Virus record (IMG/VR): IMGVR_UViG_2818991472_000001
Location: 1-64,000 of that record
Source: a virus
Lineage: Duplodnaviria; Caudoviricetes
DNA: 64,000 bases
Strand: one strand, 5' to 3'
Position 1 is the stretch's first letter, and each line of letters starts with the position of its first letter. The notes under the pieces are model-generated. The model ran no database searches. It had not been told where the DNA came from and saw only the letters and a list, made by a program, of their open reading frames with translations. Position numbers and translations under genes: made by a program. Positions 26,764 to 35,195 of this stretch are shown here, in pieces.

Positions 26764-26785
26764 AACCGTTCCGCGCGGAACGGTT
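26764..26785. repeat. parS-like palindrome 3
   Basis: perfect 22-bp palindrome AACCGTTCCGCGCGGAACGGTT immediately after adaptor stop. Confidence 0.75.
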
Positions 26786-26788
26786 TCC

Positions 26789-26825
26789 GGCCCGGCCCCC
26801 GCCAGTTCGGCAGGGCGGCCGGGCC
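26789..26825. terminator. hairpin between convergent par and sheath genes
   Basis: ggcccggcc...ggccgggcc imperfect stem. Confidence 0.55.
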
Positions 26826-26842
26826 GATCCATGTCCAAAAGT

Positions 26843-26856
26843 GTTCCGCGCGGAAC
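26843..26856. repeat. parS-like palindrome 4
   Basis: GTTCCGCGCGGAAC core with left flank of copies 1/2 and right flank of copy 3. Confidence 0.75.
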
Positions 26857-26862
26857 GGTTTC

Positions 26863-28386
26863 CTACTGCTGCTGCTGCGCGGAGGTGTCGCCGGTGGTCA
26901 GGTCCACGGACAGGGACACGGTGATGTAGTTGAGCGGCGCAGCGGGCTTGTACTGGAAGGTCGCTGCGATCACCGACGGGTCCGGGGAGAGCTGGCGAAC
27001 CTGGAGGTTGGCGTAGGCGATGATCGTGCCGTCTGCCACAGCCCGTTCGAGGATTCCGGCGAGGGCGCCCTTGACGTTCATCGTCATGTCGGCGTCGATC
27101 GGGGCGCCGATCAGCCCCGAGGAGTCGAGGCCCGTCTGCACCATCTGCAGCAGGGTGTCGCCGATGCGAACCATGCTGATTTCGGAGGTCAGCAGTGCCG
27201 ACATGTTGGTGGTCACGCCATGGCGAACCATCAGCTGGGAGGTGCGGTTGATCTCGGCGACCGCGACCCCGCTCTTGCTGAGGGTGTTCTTCGCAGCCAT
27301 CGTCATGGCCTGGGCGACACTGGCAGGCAGGCCACTGAAGGACGACAGGACCGACCGGGTCAGACCTCGGTTGACGGCGTTGCGGGCGAGCTGCCCGGCC
27401 ATGGCCGCCGCGAGGTAGTAGCCATCCACCTCGGTCGAGGCGTTCACCGCCGCGTTGAAGAGCAGGAGCCGGTTCGGGTAGGCGAGCACGACGCGCTTGG
27501 AGGCCGTCTGGATGGCGAGCTGGTCGTGCGTGGAGGCGTTGTCGTAGTTGCGGGGCAGGCCGACGAAGGCGAGGCGGCCGTACCCGGCTGCTGCGGCGTT
27601 CTCGCAGTGGTTCTTGATGTCCGTCAGCAGGTTGGCGACGTTCGTTGAGCTGTGGGTGTTGTAGGCCCCGTCGACCCAGAGCGGCACGATCAGTTGGATC
27701 AGGTAGTTGGCTTCGAGCTTCGCGTAGGCCGCGCGCAGCTGCTCCCGGAAGTCGATGCCTTCGGCCGGGTTGGTCGGGAGGCAGATCACCGAGGCAGCGC
27801 CGTTCTCCAAGGCCACCTTGGCGGCCAGAGTCAGAGGCGACGTCACCTGACTGGCACTCGGGTCCAACGGCGCGGTCGTCAGCATCGGCGCCCCGTACGT
27901 CGCCACCACGTCCGCGAAGGACTCGAACTGCTGCGGGGTGTAGTACGACGGCGAGGTGAACTGGTAGGCGATGCGGACGAGGTCCCCGTCCTTCAGGCCG
28001 TTGGGGCTCGGCTTGGTCAGGTCGCCGCTGTCCGCGCTCAGTCGTTTGAGCACGGTGACCGCCGTGGACGCACCGTCGGTGCCCGCCAGCGTGGTCAGGG
28101 AGTAGTCGACTCCCACGGTGAGGAGGGTGCCGTCGAGCTTGCGCACGACGGGTGCCGGGATGGCAGGCGGTCCGACCACGGCCTGCGTGTAGGCGCCGGT
28201 CTGTGCGAGCGCGACGTTGCTCGCGGAGTAGACGGCGAGCACCTCGGAGGCCGTCTGGTAGCCGAGGGCCGGGCCGACGAGTGTGACCGCGTTCGTCGTC
28301 ACCGAGCGCGGGGCCACCGACGGCGCGGTGACATCGCTTACCGACACCCCAGGCGGCGTGTACGTCGTACCGGAGACATCCACCAT
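26863..28386 (-). CDS. tail sheath protein
   Basis: YTPPGV N-terminus, RVVLAYP, YLAAAMAG, VRHGVTT, EISMVRIGD, YKPAAPLNYITV C-terminus. Confidence 0.9.
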   Translation of the reverse strand: MVDVSGTTYTPPGVSVSDVTAPSVAPRSVTTNAVTLVGPALGYQTASEVLAVYSASNVALAQTGAYTQAVVGPPAIPAPVVRKLDGTLLTVGVDYSLTTLAGTDGASTAVTVLKRLSADSGDLTKPSPNGLKDGDLVRIAYQFTSPSYYTPQQFESFADVVATYGAPMLTTAPLDPSASQVTSPLTLAAKVALENGAASVICLPTNPAEGIDFREQLRAAYAKLEANYLIQLIVPLWVDGAYNTHSSTNVANLLTDIKNHCENAAAAGYGRLAFVGLPRNYDNASTHDQLAIQTASKRVVLAYPNRLLLFNAAVNASTEVDGYYLAAAMAGQLARNAVNRGLTRSVLSSFSGLPASVAQAMTMAAKNTLSKSGVAVAEINRTSQLMVRHGVTTNMSALLTSEISMVRIGDTLLQMVQTGLDSSGLIGAPIDADMTMNVKGALAGILERAVADGTIIAYANLQVRQLSPDPSVIAATFQYKPAAPLNYITVSLSVDLTTGDTSAQQQQ

Positions 28387-28419
28387 GGTCCACCACCCGC
28401 GTTGAGGAGTTGCTGCATT

Positions 28420-28453
28420 CACCCCTTCGCGGAGACGACTGGACGGCAGACAG
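28420..28453 (-). promoter_or_regulatory. bipartite late motif
   Basis: CACCCCTT-N21-GACAG. Confidence 0.75.
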
Positions 28454-28455
28454 GA

Positions 28456-29085
28456 TCAGTGCCAGATACCGAAGCCGCCGCCGTTGCTCTCGATGGACAT
28501 GTCCGGGGTGGCGGTGACCTGGAAGCGGCTCAAGGGGACGAGGGTGTTGGTGGCCGGGTCGGGGATGAACTCGCCCTGGAGGTCGATGGTCAGGGTGCGC
28601 TCGTAGACGATCTCGTCCGTCTCCCAGGGGGTACCGGGACTGGCATCGTCCCCGGTCGGCTCCGCCTGGTCCCACTGGACGTTCACCGCGATCAGGTCGT
28701 TCGTCTCGAAGGTGCGCCGGAACCGGCCGAGGATCTGGTCCTGGCCGCCGAACGCGGTGACCCGCAGCAGTTGGTCGAAGATGCGGTCGCGCTGGAGCGA
28801 GGACAGCGCCACCACGGTGTAGCTCAGCGAGCCGTGGAACCGCCAGCGGGTGTAGGGGGCGACCAGGCCCCCGGTAGTCGGGTGCGTTGTTTCTAGGTGG
28901 GCGACGCCCGCCCGCTCGATCTTGTCGGTGTCGGAGTAGTTGATCCAGACGCTGGGGAAGGCTGTCTTGCTGACGGGGTATTCCAGGCTGCACGGCAGAT
29001 CGCGGAACTCGGGGTCGTCGTACTGGGAGTCGAAGACGACCTTGAACGCTTCCAGCCCGATCGTCTTGATCCGGGTTACGAACAT
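28456..29085 (-). CDS. tail terminator/neck protein
   Basis: EYP....FPSVWI motif; directly upstream of sheath. Confidence 0.6.
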   Translation of the reverse strand: MFVTRIKTIGLEAFKVVFDSQYDDPEFRDLPCSLEYPVSKTAFPSVWINYSDTDKIERAGVAHLETTHPTTGGLVAPYTRWRFHGSLSYTVVALSSLQRDRIFDQLLRVTAFGGQDQILGRFRRTFETNDLIAVNVQWDQAEPTGDDASPGTPWETDEIVYERTLTIDLQGEFIPDPATNTLVPLSRFQVTATPDMSIESNGGGFGIWH

Positions 29086-29861
29086 CAGCCCCAGTGCTCC
29101 TCGTCGTCCTCGTCGTGAGCCTCGTGCCGTGACGGCTCCTCGCCGACCACGGTGAAGCCGTGCTTGGAGCGGACGTCGTCAGCGAAGTTGCCCCGGCTGT
29201 TGCCGTGCTGGTCGTACCTCGGGTCTTCCTCCACTGGCCCCCTCGGGCTGACCTCGTAGACGTGCGGTGTGCCGCCGTACGCTCCGGCGGCGCGCTCGGC
29301 GTAGTGCCAGGCGTTCTCCTTGCCGGTGGCGTAGGCGTATCCGGCCTCGTGGGTGAAGCGGCCGAAGTTCCCGTTCGAGCCGTGGTTGGGGTGGACGTGC
29401 TCCAGGTCCTCGGCGGTGGTGCCGTGGTAGTAGCGGGGAGCCGAGGTGCCGTCTTCGTCCGAGCGCTGGTCGTGGATGTGCACCGGCACCGGGCCGTGGC
29501 CGCTGTCCTTCAGGGCCTGCAGGAGGTGCTCGTGGTGAACGTCATGGTAGGCCGGGTCGGTCGGGTGCGAGCCCGGCCCGGTGTTGTAGAGGTTCTCCCC
29601 GTGGTCGGTGACGTTCAGGTTCACCTGGCCGTGGCGCTCGGGGCTGTACCCGTGCTGGCGGATGGAGTTGGCCAGACTGCGGACGTTCTCGCTGGCCTGC
29701 CCACCCCAGACGTCGTGGTGGGACAGGCCGCCGTCGCCCGCACCGCTGTGCGGGTAGTAGCCGCCTTCGAGGTCGTTCGGGTGGATTTCGTCGGTCCCCT
29801 CCCACGGCTGCCACCCGGCAGTCCGGCTCAGCTGCGCGGCGTTCTTCCACAGCAGGCTCAT
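29085..29861 (-). CDS. His-rich protein: degenerate ParB-N-like domain fused to Arr-like ADP-ribosyltransferase
   Basis: YYHGT...YAYAT...VYEVSPRGPVEEDP...RS..GFTVVGE matches Arr-type ART motifs; LANSIRQHG...HH..LLQALKDSG..PVPVHI resembles ParB/Srx. Confidence 0.65.
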   Translation of the reverse strand: MSLLWKNAAQLSRTAGWQPWEGTDEIHPNDLEGGYYPHSGAGDGGLSHHDVWGGQASENVRSLANSIRQHGYSPERHGQVNLNVTDHGENLYNTGPGSHPTDPAYHDVHHEHLLQALKDSGHGPVPVHIHDQRSDEDGTSAPRYYHGTTAEDLEHVHPNHGSNGNFGRFTHEAGYAYATGKENAWHYAERAAGAYGGTPHVYEVSPRGPVEEDPRYDQHGNSRGNFADDVRSKHGFTVVGEEPSRHEAHDEDDEEHWG

Positions 29862-30586
29862 TTGAAGTCCTCTCCGTGCAGGCGGACGAAGTTCCGCCAG
29901 CCTCTGTCACCGACATAGACCCGCTGGGCCACGAGGCCGCAGCGCTGGGCTGCGGCGGTCATCGACGTGTTCAGGAACGAACGAGGGTGGAGCCCGGGGT
30001 GCCGCCACCGGACGCCGACGTTACCGGGAGCGATGGCACCGGGGCGGCGGCCTGGAGTGGTCCACGGCTGGGCGGCCTCCCGCCTGGAGATCCGGCCTGG
30101 GGCTCCGGGGTACGACATGGGCTTGTCCGAGACCAGGATGCGCTGACCGGTCTTCCGGTCGACCCGGTACGTCTTGCGTCGGGCACCGATCGGTGCGGCC
30201 CGCCTGAAGATCAGGACCTGGACTTTGCCGCTGGCCGTGGTGCGGGTCTTGGCCTTCGGGTTCTTCTCCCGTTCCATGCCCGTGGGGTCGTCGATCCACA
30301 TCGGGATGGTCTTGCCCGCCAGGCTGCGCATGGTGAAGGCCCGGGTGCCGTGGTCCTGGTACCAGACGTAGTCGTCGGCCCACTGCACGCCGAAGTAGCC
30401 CCGGCCGTAGAGAGGCTGGACCCTTCGGGCGGCTGCCCCGCTCAGCTTAGGCATCTTGCGTCGTACGTCGCGCACAGCGATCAGCGCGGCCTGGCGGGCT
30501 GGTCCCGGTGCCAGCCCCTTCTCCACCATGATCATCCTGTCCGGGTGTGCGGACAGGTGGACCTCCGGGACCTCGACCTGAGGCAC
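29858..30586 (-). CDS. neck/tail completion protein (HK97 gp10-like)
   Basis: Basic protein with YQDHGT and HPGL.PR.FL motifs in head-tail region. Confidence 0.6.
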   Translation of the reverse strand: MPQVEVPEVHLSAHPDRMIMVEKGLAPGPARQAALIAVRDVRRKMPKLSGAAARRVQPLYGRGYFGVQWADDYVWYQDHGTRAFTMRSLAGKTIPMWIDDPTGMEREKNPKAKTRTTASGKVQVLIFRRAAPIGARRKTYRVDRKTGQRILVSDKPMSYPGAPGRISRREAAQPWTTPGRRPGAIAPGNVGVRWRHPGLHPRSFLNTSMTAAAQRCGLVAQRVYVGDRGWRNFVRLHGEDFK

Positions 30587-31011
30587 TACAGCTCCTGCTG
30601 CGACTTCGCAGCAGGCAGCGGAAGCTCAGGGGTGCTGTCTGCAGGGATGAGCCCATGGTGCTGTGCGATCAGGTGCACGAGTTCGTTGGTGCGCTCGTCC
30701 ACCGCATAGTCATGCTCTGCGCGGAGTCTGTCGTGCCTGCTCTGCCGGTTCTGGGAGAGCAGCAGGATTGGTCCGGTGAATCCGGCCTGGAAGGAGTAGA
30801 CCAGGTTCAGCAGGACGTACGGGTAGGAGTCCCAGGCATGTATCCAGCCGTGCGAGCTGTTGAGGACGATCCATGCCATCGTGAAGGCGGCTTGCCCGAG
30901 GATGAAGGTCCAGGTGCCCATGCTGTTGGCGACGCCGTCGGCAAGCCGGTCGCCGAGCTTGCGATCTTCATGGACAGCGATGTTGGCGGGGTGCCGGTGC
31001 AGGGCGAACAA
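30586..31011 (-). CDS. DUF1003 family membrane protein
   Basis: GDRLAD.V...GTWTFI, D.YPYVLLNL, PILLLSQNRQ..DR..AE.DY. Confidence 0.85.
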   Translation of the reverse strand: MFALHRHPANIAVHEDRKLGDRLADGVANSMGTWTFILGQAAFTMAWIVLNSSHGWIHAWDSYPYVLLNLVYSFQAGFTGPILLLSQNRQSRHDRLRAEHDYAVDERTNELVHLIAQHHGLIPADSTPELPLPAAKSQQEL

Positions 31012-31013
31012 GC

Positions 31014-31685
31014 TCAGTTCCTCTCACGGAGCGGTATCAGGGGCCCCCGCAGAACCTCGACGTCGCCGAAGGACTGAGGGGTGGGCCCGGTGCGGCTCAA
31101 TATCGAGACCAGGGCGGTGGTGTTCGGTGGGATGAGGTAGGCGACCGAGTCCTGGTCCTCCGCCGCTGCGCGGGCGAGGTTGTAGGAGATCGCCGCATCA
31201 CGCTGGTAGGGCGTTCCCATGCCGGTGCGGACGGTCGTCCTGGCAGGAACGCGCAGTTGGAGGCGCTCGCCGGTAGCGCGCATGCAGAAGTCGCCGGAGT
31301 GAGCGCGGAAGTCACTCGTGGTCTCCAGGTTGACTTCCTGGGGAGCGACGACCCCCCGGGCGGTGAAGCTCTGAGAGTCGTCACCGTCGGTGAAGATGGC
31401 AGGCCGAACGATCAGGGCCCGGTAGCCGCCCTCGAACCGCGTGCCGTAGCAGCTCGGGCATTTGTTGCGTTCCGGCTGGCCGTAGGCGGCCGAGACCCGG
31501 CTGGTGGAGCACACCGGACACAGGCCGACGTCACCAGCCTCGTGGTCCTGGGCGGTCCAGAGCAGAACGAACAGCGCGTACTCACCGAGGGCATAAAGCG
31601 CCTGGGTGTGGGCAGCGCGCTCCTGCTCCACCTCCCAGTCCTGGACTCGGCGAGTGTAGGTCCCGATGGGGTGGATGTTGACCAT
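31014..31685 (-). CDS. head-tail connector with Zn ribbon
   Basis: CPVC...CPSCYGTRFEGGY; neck-region position. Confidence 0.6.
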   Translation of the reverse strand: MVNIHPIGTYTRRVQDWEVEQERAAHTQALYALGEYALFVLLWTAQDHEAGDVGLCPVCSTSRVSAAYGQPERNKCPSCYGTRFEGGYRALIVRPAIFTDGDDSQSFTARGVVAPQEVNLETTSDFRAHSGDFCMRATGERLQLRVPARTTVRTGMGTPYQRDAAISYNLARAAAEDQDSVAYLIPPNTTALVSILSRTGPTPQSFGDVEVLRGPLIPLRERN

Positions 31686-31843
31686 CAGGACTCCGGGGTA
31701 CCAGCGACTGACGCAAGCACCGCAGCACGGGTTTCCTGCGGCACGGTGGCGCCCACCTTGGCCCCGGCCAGCGTGATGTTGCTGGCCGGGGCCACGCTGC
31801 TGCAGATCCAGCGTCTTGCCAGGATGGTCACGCTGTACGCCAC
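31685..31843 (-). CDS. small 52-aa protein not in ORF track
   Basis: AGGAGG RBS, GTG31843, stop overlaps next ATG (TGATG); MAYSVTILARRWICSS... Confidence 0.5.
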   Translation of the reverse strand: MAYSVTILARRWICSSVAPASNITLAGAKVGATVPQETRAAVLASVAGTPES

Positions 31844-31905
31844 CGGCGGCCTCCTAGGCAGAAGAGCAGAACCTGAGACAGGCAGATGCGGAGATAAGCA
31901 ACTAG

Positions 31906-32400
31906 CTAGAAGGCTTGCTGGCCCGGCTGGTCGACGGTGTGGGTATCGGCCGGGGCTTCGGCCGGGACCGGCGGGAGCGCCGGGGTGTGGGTGTCAGCCG
32001 GGGCTTCGGCCGGGACCGGCGGGAGCGCCGGTGCCGAGCCCGTTCCGCTGCCGGGGGCGGGCGTGGGAGCGGGCGGCGCGGTCTCCAGCCCGGCGGTCAC
32101 CCGCAGCTCCTTGAGGGGCTTCTTGATCGCCGCCACGAGGTCCGGCACCGACGCGGCGACCTCGGCCTGGCTGGGCACGTCCGGCTGAACGGTGTGGGTG
32201 GCGACGACGGGCAGCTTCTCCTGGAAGGTCCGCGTCTGGACGCGCGTCTGCAGCGAGACCCCGTCAGCTGCGACCTCCACGTTGGCTACAACGATCAGGT
32301 TCGTCACCCAGGGCTCGTCCCCCCACACCTTGGCGATCTCGGTACCCAGCCACGTCTCGATGAGGCGTCCGGCCTCGACACGGTCCAACACGGTCAGCAT
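31906..32400 (-). CDS. hypothetical virion protein with Pro/Ala tail
   Basis: ATG32400 downstream of late motif; C-terminal duplicated PALPPVPAEAPADTHT. Confidence 0.6.
   Translation of the reverse strand: MLTVLDRVEAGRLIETWLGTEIAKVWGDEPWVTNLIVVANVEVAADGVSLQTRVQTRTFQEKLPVVATHTVQPDVPSQAEVAASVPDLVAAIKKPLKELRVTAGLETAPPAPTPAPGSGTGSAPALPPVPAEAPADTHTPALPPVPAEAPADTHTVDQPGQQAF
31937..32031. repeat. 48-bp in-frame tandem duplication
   Basis: two near-identical units starting 31937 and 31985. Confidence 0.85.
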
Positions 32401-32442
32401 CTTGTTCCCCTTCTCCGGCCTGGGACAGTCAACGGACTCGTC

Positions 32443-32476
32443 CACCCCTTGAGCACCGCAGCACGGTCCGGGACAG
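32443..32476 (-). promoter_or_regulatory. bipartite late motif
   Basis: CACCCCTT-N21-GACAG. Confidence 0.75.
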
Positions 32477-32478
32477 GA

Positions 32479-33339
32479 TCAGTAGAAGCGGGTGGAGAAG
32501 CGCGGCCTCGCAGCCGCCGACAGCGGGAACCGCGTCGGTCCGAACCGGCCGTACACCCCTCCGCTCGCCAGAACCCGGGGCCTGCCCAGCCCCATGTTCG
32601 CGATCTTGAAGGTCTGGAGTTGGCTAGTAAGGACCGGCTCTTCGCCTGCCAGGATGTTCTGCCACCGGTCCATGTAGTCCCGCCGGTCGAACCGAGAGAC
32701 GCCGGAGCCGGAGGAGAACTCGGGCTGCTCGACGTAGGAGCGCACCAGGTGGCGCAGGCACTCCACATACAAGGCCGACTCCAGCAGCGATCCCCACTGG
32801 GTGACCGGGAAGCCCGCTCCGCCGTCACCGTCGATCGTGTAGGTCTGGTACGGCTGCGCCGTGGTGTTGAGCTTCCCCACCGCGATGCGCAGCAGCTGTG
32901 CCACGCGGTTGCGGCCCCAGTTGGCCTGGACGTACGCCTGCAGGTGCGGACCGCCCACCTCGAAGTCGTAGAGGTCGACAAAGCGGATCATGACGCCCTC
33001 GACGATGGCCTTCATCGGATCGGCCAGCTTGTCGTAGTCCGGCGCGGAGGAGCCCACCTCGACGTCCAGGCGGTAGCTGTCGGGAGTGCCCGCCACCGTG
33101 TAGGTCCACAGCAGGTAGTAGTACCCGGGGGCGGCGGTCTCCGCGCTCGTCAGACGCACGGTGTACTCGCCGGGCCCACCGTGGTCAGCGGCCCGGGAGA
33201 AGACCTGGGCATTGGTCGTATCGTCGTGGGCCAGAACGACCGTCACTGGACCGTCTGCGTCACCAGGTTGGCCATCGCGGTGCACCAGGAGGCCGAAGGT
33301 CCCGGCGCCGTAGCGGGAGACGTAGGCGCGGTCGAGCAT
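32479..33339 (-). CDS. head-to-tail adaptor
   Basis: ATG33339 coupled to upstream stop; Ig-like N-terminus plus helical adaptor (DRRDYMDRW). Confidence 0.6.
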   Translation of the reverse strand: MLDRAYVSRYGAGTFGLLVHRDGQPGDADGPVTVVLAHDDTTNAQVFSRAADHGGPGEYTVRLTSAETAAPGYYYLLWTYTVAGTPDSYRLDVEVGSSAPDYDKLADPMKAIVEGVMIRFVDLYDFEVGGPHLQAYVQANWGRNRVAQLLRIAVGKLNTTAQPYQTYTIDGDGGAGFPVTQWGSLLESALYVECLRHLVRSYVEQPEFSSGSGVSRFDRRDYMDRWQNILAGEEPVLTSQLQTFKIANMGLGRPRVLASGGVYGRFGPTRFPLSAAARPRFSTRFY

Positions 33340-33992
33340 CAGCTGTCCGTGTAGTTCGTCAGGATGCAGGCAGCCCGCACCGTGGGGAGCATGATCTGGC
33401 CGATCGGGGTCAGGTTGCCCGCGTGGACGCGCAGGCCGTACGTGGCTGTGCCGGGTACGACGTTGGCCGCGCCGATCGCCGCGCTGATCTCGCTGCGGTA
33501 GTACCCGGCGCCCCAGGGCGAGGTGTTGGGCATCACCTGCCAGTTCGTGCCCCCGCCGACGATGCAGTCGTTGCCGTTCACCTGAGGTGCGACCTCGTAA
33601 GTCATCGCCATGTCGCTGTAGCAGGCGACCTCGGTGGTGACGATTATGAAGAGTGTGCCAGGCCGGTTGATCTGGATGCTGCCGACGACGAAGGAGCCGC
33701 CAGCACCGCCGACGAAGGTCGTCCAGGGGCGCAGCCAGCCGATGAACAGCGGGGGCGCGGTCAGCGGCTCGCGCCACGAGGAGCCGTTCCAGATCAGCTC
33801 CCTGCGGGTGTCGCTCTCGATGATCTTCATCCCGGCCTGCGCAGCGCCCCAGCTCGGCCGGGTGCTGGAGGTGCAGATGTACGCGCCGGGGTAGGAGTCG
33901 ATCTTCCTGAAGTTGTCGTTGAAGTCCGACCGGAGGAAGGGATCGCTCCCGTCCCAGGTCTTCAGGCCCGTACGTGGTGTGCTCGCCGACAT
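33339..33992 (-). CDS. minor structural/fibre protein
   Basis: TPRTGL..NDNF..ID..CTSSTRP..ESDT..WNG..W motif typical of actinophage fibres. Confidence 0.6.
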   Translation of the reverse strand: MSASTPRTGLKTWDGSDPFLRSDFNDNFRKIDSYPGAYICTSSTRPSWGAAQAGMKIIESDTRRELIWNGSSWREPLTAPPLFIGWLRPWTTFVGGAGGSFVVGSIQINRPGTLFIIVTTEVACYSDMAMTYEVAPQVNGNDCIVGGGTNWQVMPNTSPWGAGYYRSEISAAIGAANVVPGTATYGLRVHAGNLTPIGQIMLPTVRAACILTNYTDS

Positions 33993-34017
33993 GGCGCTCC
34001 TCCTCGTCCTCCGCTAC

Positions 34018-34051
34018 CACCCCTTCCGGGGCGCTGAGGGAGTCTGGACAG
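34018..34051 (-). promoter_or_regulatory. bipartite late motif
   Basis: CACCCCTT-N21-GACAG, abutting a terminator palindrome. Confidence 0.75.
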
Positions 34052-34089
34052 CACGGCGCCCCTCCCCCGGCCGGGGGAGGGGCGCCGTG
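34052..34089 (-). terminator. perfect 38-bp palindrome, probable terminator
   Basis: cacggcgcccctcccccgg/ccgggggaggggcgccgtg just after stop 34101. Confidence 0.7.
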
Positions 34090-34100
34090 GCGCAAGGGCT

Positions 34101-35192
34101 TCACGCCACGGTGTAGGAGGCGGACGGGGCGCTGAGCGCGTTCTGCAGCGCGCCGATCGCCTTGACGGTGAAGGTCACCTGGGCCGCCACCGTCAGGCCG
34201 GGTACGTTGGCCGAGACGACGGCACTGCCCACGTGGATGGTCTGCCCGGAGGACGCGGTGACGTCGTACCCGCCTGCCGGAGCCGGGGTGGAGGGGGCCC
34301 AGGACACTGTGGCCGTGCCCGCAGTCCCCTGGGGCGCGACGGTCGGCTGGCCCGGCAGAGTCGGCGCGCCCCACGATCCGGGGACAACCGTGCCGTCCTG
34401 ACGGTAGATCGGGTTCACGGCGTTGGCCGCTGTCAGCCCCCCCGCTGCCACTTCGTCGGAGTTGGTCGCCACCGCCCCGGACGCGGACCACGGCGACCAC
34501 GGGCCCGTACCGTTGCGGTTCTCCGCCCGTGCCCGGAAGAGGTAGCCCCGGCCGCCGACGACCTGGGTGAACCGAAGGGCCGTGGCGTTCCGACCGGCGT
34601 CAGCGTGGCCCCCGGTGTCGCTCTCGATCTCGTACCGCAGTACCGGGGCGTCGGCCGCTGGGTCTGCGACGGCCACCCACGTCACCACGATCGCCCGGTC
34701 CGCCCCTGCGAGGGTGGGGGCGGCCGGGGCCGCCGGGACCAGAACCGATCCCTTCGGCACGGCGCCGATCGACAGCGTCTCCACCGTCCCCGTCACCGGT
34801 GGGGCGTTCGGGTCCGGGCGCGTCGCGCCCTGGCCGTCCGTGGTCTTCAGATCCGTCCGGGTCGTGTCCAGCACGGACCCGGGCACCCCGGCAGCGTTCG
34901 GCTTCTGGTACTTCTGCTGGACGTCCACCACGGTTCCCAGCGTGGTCTCCCGCTGACCCGTCACAGCGGTGCTGGAGGGCTTCCAGCCGCCAGGCGCAGC
35001 TGCGACCCTCGCCACCCCGGTGGTGTCGACGAAGGACGCGGGGACAGGGCCCGTGGGGGCCTGCCCACGGGTACCGATCGCCCCGTCGGTTTCGACCACG
35101 GCCCCGGACGTGTCCGCCGTGGTCACCCGGGGACCGGTCTTGCCCGCGACGCCCTCGGTGTCGAGCGTGCTGGTCACATCACCGCTTGCCAC
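34101..35192 (-). CDS. fibronectin type III domain virion protein
   Basis: Two Fn3 repeats (VTW..Y.FRARA.N..G.GPWS; VSW..Y.V..FTVKA). Confidence 0.75.
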   Translation of the reverse strand: MASGDVTSTLDTEGVAGKTGPRVTTADTSGAVVETDGAIGTRGQAPTGPVPASFVDTTGVARVAAAPGGWKPSSTAVTGQRETTLGTVVDVQQKYQKPNAAGVPGSVLDTTRTDLKTTDGQGATRPDPNAPPVTGTVETLSIGAVPKGSVLVPAAPAAPTLAGADRAIVVTWVAVADPAADAPVLRYEIESDTGGHADAGRNATALRFTQVVGGRGYLFRARAENRNGTGPWSPWSASGAVATNSDEVAAGGLTAANAVNPIYRQDGTVVPGSWGAPTLPGQPTVAPQGTAGTATVSWAPSTPAPAGGYDVTASSGQTIHVGSAVVSANVPGLTVAAQVTFTVKAIGALQNALSAPSASYTVA

Positions 35193-35195
35193 CCC

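Noticed and set aside
1156-28386. Extracellular contractile injection system or tailocin
   Set aside because: Portal, protease, scaffold and major capsid genes are present in the same orientation, so this is a headed phage
29085-29445. Bona fide rifampin resistance gene arr
   Set aside because: Only fold-level motifs match; it is a fusion in a structural operon, so substrate cannot be assigned
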